A stretch of 63,990 nt of DNA, counting the filler, from Octopus bimaculoides (lineage: Eukaryota), in assembly GCF_001194135.2 (NCBI RefSeq). It is 12 parts of 9 records of this genome, joined end to end, with 100 filler letters (N's around TTAATTAATTAA, not from the genome) between each part and the next. Parts side by side here need not be neighbours in the genome. Positions count along the whole stretch, not along the records: positions 40,273 to 44,197 come from NC_068984.1; positions 44,298 to 46,466 come from NC_068983.1; positions 46,567 to 53,321 come from NC_068983.1; 9 more parts are not named here. The stretch is one strand, 5' to 3'. The notes under the pieces are model-generated. The model was not told the origin of the DNA, made no database searches, and was given only the letters and a program-made list of their open reading frames with translations. The position numbers were made by a program, and so were the translations under genes. Shown in pieces: positions 40,953 to 52,635 of the stretch. Numbering within the stretch: position 1 is the stretch's first letter; every line of letters starts with the position of its first letter.

Positions 40953-42546
40953 AACGGCTCTGTGAATTATTGTGAATACTGTTATGTTACTTTATGAAAA
41001 CTGTCTCGGTGAATAATTGTGATTTTTGTGGAATTATTACGGTTGCATTTCACGCGAGCTGCTGCATTTTCCCCAGCTTTGGCAAGTGGTAGTGTCTCCA
41101 GTATGGAGAGCTACGCCAAAGCCACTGCGGTGAGGAAGCCAGTGCCGCTAGAAACCAAGTTAATCAAGTTGGATATGGAGGAGGTGACCAGAAGCAGGAA
41201 TTTGATAGAAGTTGAGGGGGACTTATACAAAATGTGTCCCCCAAAAGAGACAAAAGAAAAGAAAATTCTGAGGACAGTAGTGTATCGTACACAGGCTGTC
41301 AAAACCTGTAAAATTGAAATGGTGACAGAAGAGGAAATCGAGGAGTGCCTGGGTGAAATTGTCAATGAAGCCACGTACATCAACAGAGGAAGAAAGTTCG
41401 GTACGGTAGAGGTGAGGTTCGCCACTATAGAAGAGGCAACCAAGCATGCGACCAACATCTTAAGAAGTGGAAAAATAGCATTGCTACCAAGTTATAGAGG
41501 AACAAGAAGTGTGAAAATACGAATTCCCAGAAATTAAACCAGAGTGGTTGGTTGCAACCAAGGAGGAACCGGAATTGGGACCAGTGGCGAAAACAAAAGT
41601 GTGCAAATGGTGGGGATTTGGACTCGAAATGTGGCTTTTTGTCACATTCAAGGACATAGAAAGAATTCCCTACCAGATAGAAGTGGAGGACGAGAAAACG
41701 TTAAATGTCTTAGTCGAGGGAAGAAAACCAAATTGTTATATATGCGGGGAGAGAGGTCATATGAAGACCAAATTCCCCCTATATGAGTTCACACAACCAC
41801 AGCAAGAGAAAGCACAAGCAGAGGAGGAAAAATTGTTGACCACACTGACGAAATAAAAGAGAGACAGAAGTGTGAAACAGAGAAGAACGAAAATGGAGCG
41901 ACTAACCCTAAAAAGCGAAGGAAAAACAAGTCAAAGGAACGGTCAACAGAAAACAAAAGAGAGATAAAAAAAAAGCCAGAAACTAATAATGTACAAGAAG
42001 AGGAGGAGAGAACGGATAAAGATGTGAAATACAAGGGGGTTTTGATAAAGTACGAGAATTGCGAGCAGATGGAGAGAAGGGTTGGGAGAAGTAATAAGAC
42101 TGAAAATGCCAGAGAAATGTGCTGAAAGATGCATTTTGATACCTGAGGAAGGCTGCTGGGAGCGCGTAGAAGAACTTGGTGAAATTATAATGACGAAATG
42201 GATATGGTTGGTGGAGACACCACCACCCTAGAACTGATTATTTGCAGTTGTTATGGACGGACGTAACAATGATTAATGGAAGAAAGGTAACGCGAGTGTT
42301 TGAATTTTTTGAGTTACAAAACCGTTAAAATGTTTACATGATGTTGAACGTAAAAGTGAAAAACTGGATAAATGTAATCACCCGACTTCGGGGATCGAGT
42401 GGACATTGCGCCTCATTTTTTTCATTCTTGCATATTATTATTTTATTTTAATTACCCCGATTTTATGTTTGCGTTTTGTACTGTCTTTATGTTTTGTGAT
42501 GTCTTAAAAATTCTATGTATAGCCCTTTATGGGTAATAAAGAAATA
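40953..42546 (+). mobile_element. ORF1-only LINE-like element (L1/Tx1-type gag-like ORF1, no ORF2) inserted into a SINE
   Basis: Splits a family-A SINE: the head ends ...gcttcgcGGTAT at 40952 and the body resumes GGTATttcgtcc at 42547 (5-bp duplication). It contains a disrupted ORF1 and ends in tctatgtatagccctttatgggtaataaagaaata. No endonuclease or RT motifs in the ~420 bp after ORF1. Confidence 0.75.
41103..42125 (+). pseudogene. Frameshifted ORF1/gag-like protein: RRM-like segment, degenerate CCHC zinc knuckle, Lys/Glu-rich tail
   Basis: ORFs 41019-41537 and 41548-41856 join by a 1-nt shift near 41530 (KIRI/PEIKPEWLVA). GRKFGTVEVRF at ~41391-41420. VEGRKPNCYICGERGHMKTKF at 41734-41775 is CX2CX4HX4C with the last Cys changed to Phe (TTC). 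A second shift near 41825 leads into a basic, low-complexity tail. Confidence 0.75.
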
Positions 42547-42710
42547 GGTATTTCGTCCATCTTCACGTTCTGCGTTCAAATGCCACCGGGGTCGAATTTG
42601 CCTTGCATCCCTTCGGGATTGATAAAATAAATACCAGTTGAACACTGGGGTCGAGGCAATCGACTTAACCACTCCCCGAAAGTGCTGGCCTTGCGCCAAA
42701 ATTTGAAATC
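42547..42710 (+). mobile_element. 3' part of the split family-A SINE
   Basis: ggtatttcgtccatcttcacgttctgcgttcaaat...cactggggtcgaggcaatcgactta; resumes exactly where the 40898-40952 piece stops. Confidence 0.8.
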
Positions 42711-42859
42711 AATATTAGACTCCCCTTAGGCGACGAGTTGGTAAGGTATGTTAGTTGTAGTAGTACGCTGTTCTATTAATTTAACAATCATTTATTGTTT
42801 TCCTGCTCGTGTCGATTTCGATTTCATATCCACTTATGTTCGATAAGACATTTAATAAT

Positions 42860-43380
42860 GGTTTCAAGTTAGCAATTTTTTCGGGGGAGGGAATTAGTCG
42901 ATTACATCGACCCAGTGTTCAACTGGTACTTATTTTGTCGTCCTCGAAAGGATGAAAAGCAAAGTCAATCTCAACGGAATCTCAAATCAAAACTTAAAGA
43001 ACCGGAAGAAATGCCACCAAACATTTAGTCTGACGCGTTAACATTTCTGCCACTTCGCTGTTAACAAGACATTAATAATTCTCTCTACAATAATTACAAG
43101 ACCTGAAATTTTGGGAGAGGAGCTAATTGATTACATCAATCCCAGTGCTCAACTGGTACTTATTTTTCGACCCCGAAAGGATAATACGCAAAGTTGACAT
43201 CAGTAGCATTTCGACTCAGAACATAAAGCCGAAGAAATGCCGCTAAGCATTTTGTCCGGTGCGTTAACGATGCTGCGAGCTCATCGCTTTACATTTGATA
43301 ATAATAATAGTTACAAATTTTCGTACAAGGCCAGTAATTTCAGGGGAGGGGCTAAGTCAAATGGATCGACCCAAGTTCCC
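42860..43380 (-). mobile_element. Run of three decayed family-A SINE copies (~42860-43065, ~43075-43290, ~43295-43380)
   Basis: Each carries gtcgattacatcgaccc(c)agtg / gaaaggatgaaa / aaagtcaa motifs in reverse orientation. Confidence 0.7.
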
Positions 43381-43954
43381 GCTATTATTCGGTCTCTTAC
43401 CAAGGCAGACAGCGACCAAGCAAGACGTCTAAGCAAGCTCTCCCATTTGAGTGTGGTTGAACCAAGTTGTCTCTATAACGACACCAGCACGAAGAACCGT
43501 ACATCTACATTTCAGGCTACTCTAAAACCGGACAATTAGAAGCTGTTTACCTTTTCCACCGAACAATAAATATTTGTTGTTCTTGATCAGTTTGGAGTTT
43601 CTGCGTTCAGTTCTCTTCCAATTTAATGTAGGAGAGTTAGGTGTATATCTAAAGATATATAACCCACCCTCCTAAACATTAAATGACCTCACAGGACGAA
43701 AATGAAAACTCCACAAATATCATTTCTACAAACAAGAACAATTAAATTTTTAAAAATTAGACTAGTTCATTAATTGGTCTACTCTAAGTTCGGTCAGGCA
43801 GAAGTTGCTACATGTAAATCATGTCCTGACGTAAGACATCTGAAGTTATTGTCAATTTACGTGTCCTGTCGCGTTTGAGATTGCCCCGCCGCTTTCCTTT
43901 AATCGGGAAAGGCAGGCAGTTTTTTCTCTTTCTCTTTCCTCTCTTTTTCTGTAC

Positions 43955-44110
43955 TTTTCCGCCCTGATGAAGTTCCACTATTTAAGTTGGTGTAAATGAT
44001 TATATACAATGATAATTATTATCATTATTGTAGTAATTAAGTCTGATAATGCCTTGAATAACGCCAACAGAAACAGCTGTCAAACACGATTTTGTCTTTC
44101 TATAATCAAT
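43955..44110 (+). other. Degenerate tandem hammerhead-ribozyme-like cores, possibly a Penelope-like LTR remnant
   Basis: CTGATGA at 43964-43970; CTGATAA at 44043-44049 followed by GAAACAGCTGTC (44070-44081) containing the palindrome ACAGCTGT. AATAAA at ~44108. Confidence 0.4.
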
Positions 44111-44161
44111 AAATGATAATTGATAAACATCAATTATCAATTTTATTTTCATTTTCTTTTT

Positions 44162-44197
<36 letters not shown>

Positions 44198-44774
44198 NNN
44201 NNNNNNNNNNNNNNNNNNNNNNNNNNNNNNNNNNNNNNNNNTTAATTAATTAANNNNNNNNNNNNNNNNNNNNNNNNNNNNNNNNNNNNNNNNNNNNTAT
44301 GTGTTTATGTATATGTGTATATATATGTGTATATATGTGTGTATATATGTATATGTGTATGTGTATGTATGTTTATGTATATGTATGCATGTATGTAAGT
44401 GTATGTGTATATATATTTGTGTGTGTATATGTATATGTGTGTATATATGTATGTATATGTGTGTGTATATGTATATATATATATGGAGTATCCTATATTT
44501 TATAATATTTTATAATATTTTATGATATTTTATGATATGTATTAATCATTCTGGATGTTCTATCGAAACGTACATAGTTCTATTTATTTGTTATTATTAT
44601 TGTTATTGTTGTTGTAATAAAGTATTTTCAACGGATCAATTTTGAGCTCTATTTAAATTTAATATATATTGAAAAACTCAACTGAGTTTTTTGCTAAGAT
44701 TGTTAACATATACTATATTTTTTACCAAATTTTTTGGTTAAAAAAATTTATATTTAATAATATATACAGAGAGA

Positions 44775-44822
<48 letters not shown>

Positions 44823-44978
44823 AAGAGAGATAGAGAGAGAAAGAGAGAGAGAGTGCGTGTGTATATGTGTACATACATACATAGATATGAAACGATAGAT
44901 AAGAAGGCAGCCATTTAAAGATTGCGCTTTGAGTATGCCAATATTATTAACACACGCACTGGTTCAGTTCCACTCTTT

Positions 44979-45357
44979 TATTATTAGTCAATTGGTTAAA
45001 TATCCAACTAACTAATCGATTGTTTGTTTGTTTGCTTAATGTGGTTAAACATTATGTAATCTGTTTTGTTTTTGTTTGTTACATATGCATATATACATAC
45101 GCAAGAACACGCGCACACTGGCACGCACACACGCACGCACACACGCACGCACGCACGCACACGCGCGCACACACGCAGCTAGGTCTGAGGCAAACAAACG
45201 CAGCCTTCGTAACGGATTAAGAAGAAATTTATTGAAAAGGTTGCAATTAGCAGCTAAAGAGATTTGACAAACAAAAACTACAAATATCTCATTATGTAAC
45301 CAAATTAAACAAACAATCGATTAGTTAGTTTGATATTTAACCTATTGACTAAGAATA
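44979..45357. mobile_element. Fold-back/MITE-like element with ~95-bp imperfect TIRs and a (CA/CACG)n core
   Basis: Left arm tattattagtcaattggttaaatatccaactaactaatcgattgtttgttt... is the reverse complement of right arm ...aaacaaacaatcgattagttagtttgatatttaacctattgactaagaata. TA at both outer ends. Confidence 0.7.
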
Positions 45358-46046
45358 CCTGAGTAGAATTGAACCACTGAGTGTGTTAACAATATTGGCA
45401 TAATAATTCTCTCTAGATACAACAGAATTTGTTTGAATATAAATTCGCATAAAGAATGTTGCAAACCAGACACACAAAGAAAATCCGAATAATACTGCAA
45501 GAACTCAAGACGGTATTTGCAAGACAAGACTGTGCTATTATAGCTGGCATAATATTATTAACTTTTGTATTAAATTTTGATGCGTTCTTTCTATTTTTGT
45601 CATTGCATTATTAGTAGCCAGGGGCAAAGCAGTGAAGATCAGAAAAATACGGCAACAAAAATATGAAAAATATATTGTTGACCCGATGGCATAATGTCTG
45701 CACCGGATGAAATATGGACAGAAGGACATGTAGAAATAATGTTGATGCTATTAATTGCGAGCAATGCTCGAGGTTTTCATATAATTGTTATTTTACTTTT
45801 CAGATATAATCATGATATGTCATTAATTAAGGCTGTCAGTTCAGTTTACACACTGAATGAATTTCATATTTTAATTTTTCATGAGACAGGCACGGAGAAG
45901 CTGTACGGAATTATTTTACGGAACTTTAAATGAAGAATTGAAGCTTACATAATTTAAATACATTATATAATCTATATAGTTAAATATAACTATATAAGCT
46001 TGTATAGTTAAATACATTGTATGTACATACATATACGGTCGTGTAT

Positions 46047-46430
46047 CGTGGCACTCCGTCGGTTGCGACGACAAAGGTTCCAGTTGATACGATCAACGAG
46101 ACAGCCTGCTCGTGAAATTAGCGTGCAAGTGGCTGAGCACTCCACAGACACGTGTACCCTTAATGTAGTTCTCATGGAAATTCAGTGTCACACAGAGTGT
46201 GGCAAGGCTGGCCCTTTGAAATACAGGAACAACAGAAACAGGAGGAAAAAGTGAGAGAAAATTGTGGTGAAAGAGGTCAGTAGTGTTCGCCACCCCTTCC
46301 TCTGCCGGAGCATCGTCGAGCTTTAGAAGTTTTTGCTCAATAAACACTCACAACGCCCAGTCTGGGGAATCGAAACCGCGATCCTACGATCGCGAGTCCA
46401 CTGCTCTACCTAGTGGGACATTGCGCCTCC
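46047..46430 (-). mobile_element. tRNA-derived SINE, family C, full length with 12-bp TSD
   Basis: Minus-strand head ggaggcgcaatgtcccactaggtagagcagtggactcgcgatcgtaggatcgcggtttcgattccc (A/B-box-like). Flanked by acggtcgtgtat (46035-46046) and acggtcgagtat (46431-46442). Confidence 0.85.
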
Positions 46431-46635
46431 ACGGTCGAGTATATACGCATGTATATATGTATGTATNNNNNNNNNNNNNNNNNNNNNNNNNNNNNNNNNN
46501 NNNNNNNNNNTTAATTAATTAANNNNNNNNNNNNNNNNNNNNNNNNNNNNNNNNNNNNNNNNNNNNCTATACATACAGGTGGATGTCGGTATGCACATAC
46601 CTGTACGTATATATGCATATACTCATTTACTATTT

Positions 46636-46666
<31 letters not shown>

Positions 46667-48202
46667 ATGTGTATATACCTACGGATACATGCGCACATTT
46701 TTCTGTCCATCTGTACTTGTATATGCATATATGTTTGACTATACGTAGGCATGTGCATCTTCGAATGTACATGCATGTATATATGTATTTGCAAGCATAT
46801 GTATAATATCTGTACATAATACGTTGACGGTAATTATATTGAAATCACATGCAAAATATATTCAAATTTTATGCAAATTAAATACGAAGCAATAACTTTA
46901 TTATTTTCATGTGAGTTTACAGCGATATAATTCTGTTGATGCTAAGCTGCTATATTTCTCTGGAGGTTTACTCTGTTAAATTTTGCCGAAAGACTAGAAA
47001 TAACAAGACAAGCTTTGTAAAACCAAAAGACAATGCTAGCAGATAAACAGATCGAACAATTTATTTTGTCACAAAACTCCTGAACTGCCTAGTAACAGAA
47101 ACGTTTCTAGTATTTATTTTGCTTCATATCTTTAAACTATTATGTTAACAAAGTTTTGCTGTCCATATTGTTTGATATTTTGATATTTTTGTTATTTTGT
47201 TATTCTCCGATATTTACTGAGAAAAAGAATGCATATTTATTAGTTTAACACTTTCGAAATGAATATGTAAGATAAAATTTCAATAAGTCAATGCTTCATT
47301 TATTATTATTTATTATTATTTCAGTAAACCGTATTCCTATTGCATAATTTTACTGCATAATTCTGCACAACGCTGTGAGATTTAATTGTGTGCAGTAATT
47401 TCTTGTGTGGCAGTTGGAATAATATAGAAATATACAGAAAATTCTAGTCAAGCCTGATGTTCATGTAATCCATAAATCCTAGCACCCAATGTGTTACCTT
47501 GAGTCCATGTTATTAACAGTTATCAGATTGTGGATTAAGAAGATTTTTCACAAACGAACCATTCTGGTTTTATTTCTTACTTTTTCAATCTGACATTAAG
47601 TATCTTTGCTAGAACATTAAGATTTAGCTGATTGTATGCGTCAAGACAAATGTAATGTAGGATAATTTTCTTTTACTTTAAACTATTTCAATCAAAAGTT
47701 TAGAAAAATAACACTCCCTCTTTAAGTTTTAAATCGGTGATTTACAAAATTTGAACACAACAAAGATACTGCATTTTCTCTCAGTAGTAGAGAAATTCGC
47801 ATTGAACAACAAAACGAATCAGTTTGGAAGCAATTAGTGTGTCGCTCATCCCGCAAGAAACTGTAGCTTAAATAACTTTTAAATAATAATCTTGAGTATT
47901 AAAAAGAACATTCAAATTAACATTCAACTAAAAAAGAAATGGCTGAAATGACGTCGATCAGAGAATAAGGCGAACAAAATTAGAATCTTAGTATCATAGG
48001 TGATTTACCGCTATTATGAAATATATAGAAATATACTGCAAAAAAAAACTTACAGCAAAACAATGTCGTCTCAATTATGTGAATATTATATAACAAACCA
48101 GAATTGCCTACTTTTAGGCAATTTTTAGAATTGGATGTAACAAGAATGCATAGGTTTAAAATAGAAACATACACGATGAAAATAATAATAATAATAATAA
48201 TA

Positions 48203-49095
48203 CCATGATAACCAGAATTTACTGGCAGAAGAACAGAAAGGTTGCAGGAAGAAGGCTAGAAGAACGCATGACCTATTAGACATCGACAAAGCAGTTTTAA
48301 ATGAAGTGAAATCTAGTAAGTAAAATCTAACAATAGCATGGATAGATTATCAGAAATCCTATGACATGATACCACACTCATGGATAAGTGAATGTTTGAG
48401 TTTGTTCAGCAGAGCAACATATGAGAATTACCTTTAGCATGAAGAAATAGAAAGTAGATCTTTATTCAGTTGACACGCTCTTAGGAAAAGTTAATATCAA
48501 GAGAGGAATCTTCCAAGGGAACACGTTATCCCCTTTAATATTTGTCTTATGCTTGATACCACTCGGTTTAGTATTAAGGAAGGCAAAGGCACGGTATCAG
48601 TTCAGAAATAGTAATGGAAATAGTAACAATTTGCTCTACGTGGATGATCTGAAGCTTTTAAGTAAGAAAGAAAATTAAATAAATTCCTTAATACTGACTG
48701 AATGTCACTTCAGCAAAGATATATGCATGGAATTTGGCATAGATAAGCGTGCAATATTAGTCATGAGAAGGGCACAAGTAGTTAATAGTGAAGGCATCCA
48801 ATTACCAGATGCACAGACATTAAAATCATTGAAAGGAAGAGAGATTTAAAAGTATCTAGGAGTAGTAGAATCTGACAGAGTACTAACTACAAAAATGAAA
48901 ATGAAAATTGAGGAGTACATCAGAACGCTAATGAAGTCAAAGCTAAATGGTCCGAATCTAGCGAAGGCTGAAATACGTGGGAGGTATCATTACTTAGTTA
49001 CTCAGCAGCTTTTATAGATTGCACAAAAACTGAATTAGCAAAGCTAGAAGCAAAAAATGGTGTTAACCGGAACGACTCATGTACCAAGAAGAGCA
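48203..49095 (+). mobile_element. R4/Dong-like non-LTR retrotransposon remnant, copy 1 (RT core, decayed)
   Basis: EEQKGCRKK...AWIDYQKSYDMIPHSWI, KRGIFQGNTLSPLIFVLCLIPL (GIFQG at 48505-48519) and LLYVDDLKL (YVDD at 48637-48648), with stops and frameshifts. Starts directly after (AAT)n at 48181-48202. Confidence 0.85.
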
Positions 49096-49186
49096 TTATC
49101 GCTGTGAAAACAACATCCATTCATGAATTTATTTATTTATTAAATTGTTTAAATACATATTTTGCCTGTGAATTTGCGTGTGTAAA

Positions 49187-50765
49187 TTGGAAAAGCAAAA
49201 TTGCGAAGCAAGATTGTAAGCGAAGGAGGACAAATTTGAGATTGGTATGGATTGATTACTCTAAAGCTCATAATATGATTCCACATTTGTGGATCATTGA
49301 GTGAATAGTTGTGATTGGATTTCTAAGGAATGTAATAAGATTTCTGAAGAGACTATAGTAGGTTGGAAAAATGAGCTGACATCGTATGGACAAAGCTTGG
49401 GCATCCTAGACATCAAGGGACGGATTTTCCAAGGAAATTTCCTATCTCCGTTCCTTTGTGTACTTAGCATGAATGAGCCCTCTGATATTGGTGCTGAGTA
49501 AAATGAACCTAGGATATCAGTTCAAGGGAAAAATTCAAAGAATCAATCACCTCCTCTCCATGAGTGATTTGAAACTGTATGGCAAGGAGGAAATACAAGA
49601 AAGTCCCTAAGTGTACACATTCCATTGTTTTAGTGCTGATATTAAGATGGAATTCGGACTCAAGAAATGTAGTATAATGAACCTGAAAAGAGACAAATAC
49701 ATTTCCTGGCAAGGAAACAATACCAAATAAACAAGTGATAAAACAAATTGAAAATGAAGGCTATAAGTTCCTCAGTATAATAGAGTTCAATGAAAGCCTG
49801 GAGAAGGAAATGGAAGAACGGCTGAGGAGAGAATACTTCCGACGAGTAAGATCGTTTTCCGCGCTCAAAATTGACTTGGTTCAATAAAATCGAAGCAGTA
49901 AATACATAGGCGATATCATCACTTTAAAATAGAGCTGGAATTATAAACTCGCAAAAGAAAGACTAATGAACAGAACCGGATATGAACACAGGGAAAATGG
50001 CAGAGGTTTGATTAGTTGTCAGGATTGTGTTCACGAGAAGGAAAGCAGCTTAGAGTGGTATATAAAAGTACTGTAGAAACATTGCTGAGACATGTGAAGA
50101 AGTATGACTTCATCAAAATTGACAATTGTGTAAGGAAAGAGAAACTTAAAGAGGAAAAGAACATGAAAAAAGAAACAGCATTAAAAGAGGAAAAACATGT
50201 ACGTTCAGTTCGTTCGCAAGAGATATGAACGCCGAGAGAGATACAAAAGGCCGGTATTTGTGGATTCGGAAGATGGACCTGAAGATAGGAACAGAAGCAC
50301 TTATATGCGCAGCAGAAGAAGAATTTAGGACGAGCTATTTGAACTGCACGGTTGACAACACAATTGAGTGAGACAAATGCAGACTGTGTGTGATAGAGGT
50401 GTCGAACTTGGCTGAATGTCAATACAAAGAAGAAAAAAAACATGCATGATAATCGACAGAGCATGTCCCAATAATAACAGGTTTGAAGAGGAAGCAGATA
50501 AGAAGTGAACAACTAAGGGGAATTGAAATGGGAAGTAGGTAAGTTTGGGCAATGAAGAGAGTGGTCGTAACTTACTGTTACGTTTGGAAGTATCAACGTT
50601 TGGAAGTACCAACATGGCTCAAAAAGCTTCATACAAATGTAAAGATAGAACACTTACAGACACTTTCATTGCTTGGAACCGCAAGAGGTCTCTGCAAAGT
50701 TCTTCAACCACGATCAGTATACAAGCGTCACATAAGTCTACTAAAATATGCGGTGCGTTCTCATG
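49187..50765 (+). mobile_element. R4/Dong-like remnant, copy 2 (RT to C-terminus, heavily decayed and internally deleted)
   Basis: CKRRRTNLRLVWIDYSKAHNMIPHLWI, RIFQGNFLSP, SMSDLKLYGK, a KCRLC knuckle remnant near 50380 and C-terminal LQTLSLLGTARGLCKVL. Followed by an (ATG)n(ATA)n tail at 50766-50892. Confidence 0.8.
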
Positions 50766-50776
50766 AAATAACAATA

Positions 50777-50867
<91 letters not shown>

Positions 50868-50892
50868 TAATAATAATAATAATAATAATAAT

Positions 50893-52552
50893 GAAGGGGA
50901 CTGCCTGTCCCCACTCATTTTTGTACTGTGCTTGATACCACTAACACTGATCCTGAGGAAAGCAAAAGATGGTATGTATTCAAAAGTCGCCAACAAAAAG
51001 TCAACCATATGTTATACATAGATGACCTCAAAATCTATGATAAAGATAAAACCCAAGTCAGTTCTCTCGTTGATATGGTGTATAACTTCAGTGCTGGTAT
51101 CAGAAGGGAGTTCGGATTCAGAGAGTGTGGTGTGTTAGTCTTGAAGAGAGGCAAAATCAAATGTATGTACGGGCGATTGATAAATTCGGAGGAGGTTATG
51201 AAGCAGATACAAGAGACGGGCTAGAAGCACTTGGGGATTTGGGAAATGGATAAATTGATGGAGAAAGAAATGAAAGAAAAATTTAAGGTGGAGTATTTAC
51301 GCCGACAGAGACTGATCCTTAAGTCGAGATTAATCGGACAGAACAAGATTGAAGCTATCAACACCTGGGCGGTTGCAATCCTTAGATATGGAGCAGGAGT
51401 AATCGCATGGACAGTAGACCAACTAAACAGCTTACACAGAAGATAAGGAAGCTGATGGCTAGATATGGGTCACTCCACCCAAAAAGTGACACAGACAGAC
51501 TGTATGTACCAAGAAATACGGGGAAGAGGACTTATTGGATGCGAACACAGCATTAGAGCAAAAGAAAACAACTTAGCATAGTATGTAAAAAATGCCACAG
51601 AACTGCTATTATTAGAAGTAACAAAGCCAGGCCTGTGTACGATGAAAGATTGCAAAGATAATGCACTATACAAGAAATTGAAAACGAATGAAACTGAAAA
51701 TAGCTGGGTAAAGAAAAGAATGTATGGTCAATTTCATAGGGATGTTGAAAATAAGACAGACAGACAGAGTAAAAATATGGCTGTGCATGACTAAAGGTGA
51801 TTTAAAACTGGAAACCGAGGCTTTAATCTGTGCTGCCCATGACCAAACACTAAGAACAAACTACATAAATACAGAATAGACAACACATCAGAAAGGGATA
51901 AGTGCAGAATCTGTGAACAAAATGATGAAACCGTATGGCATATTACAAGCCCATGTACGTCACTAGCCCAGAAGGAATATAAGAGACGCCACGACAAAAT
52001 AGCCAGGCTTGTCCATTGGACACTTTGCAACAAGTATGGACTTGACACAGCAAAAAATTGGTACCGCCAGAAACCTGAAGGCATCGTCGAAAATAGAAAT
52101 GTAAAGATCCTATCTGATTTTATGATCCAATGCGACCATGAGATAGAGAATAGGAAACCAGACATTGTCTTAATTGAGAAAGAAAACAAACTATGCTGGA
52201 TCATAGATTTAGCATGCCCAGCTGATAACAAGGTATGCGATATGGATGAAAGAAAAAATTGAAATATATGACAGGTTAGCTTGGGAAATTGAGCAGGTGT
52301 GGTCTATGAAAAAGATAGCAGTAGTACCAATAATTTTCGGAGCCCTGGGAACAGTGAGCAAAAGTCTCGAGAAGTACGTGGAACGGATAGGGACTGCAAT
52401 AAGGGTGGAGCACTTGCAAAAATCAGCACTGCTTGGAACCGCTCGAATGCACCGGAAGAGGTGCTCGAAAACTAAGAGGTCTTATCTTAGTTCACTGGTA
52501 GTGAACAGCTGACACCGCAGTACATCTTCAGCGTTAGAAACTGAGCAAAGGC
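50893..52552 (+). mobile_element. R4/Dong-like element, copy 3 (5'-truncated; RT, CCHC knuckle and restriction-like endonuclease)
   Basis: GDCLSPLIFVLCLIPL, LYIDDLKIY, AINTWAV, HPKSDTDRLYVPR, CRICEQNDETVWHITSPC (51903-51956), RHD (51987-51995), KPDIVLI (PD at 52158-52163), IIDLACP and LQKSALLGTAR. Ends in (AAT)n at 52553-52642. Confidence 0.92.

Positions 52553-52635
<83 letters not shown>

Noticed and set aside
45538-45729. Minus ORF containing R-HYAIG as the next OATP exon
   Set aside because: Only YAIG resembles the expected FALG; CV..E.KS and R.LG are missing and the spacing is wrong.
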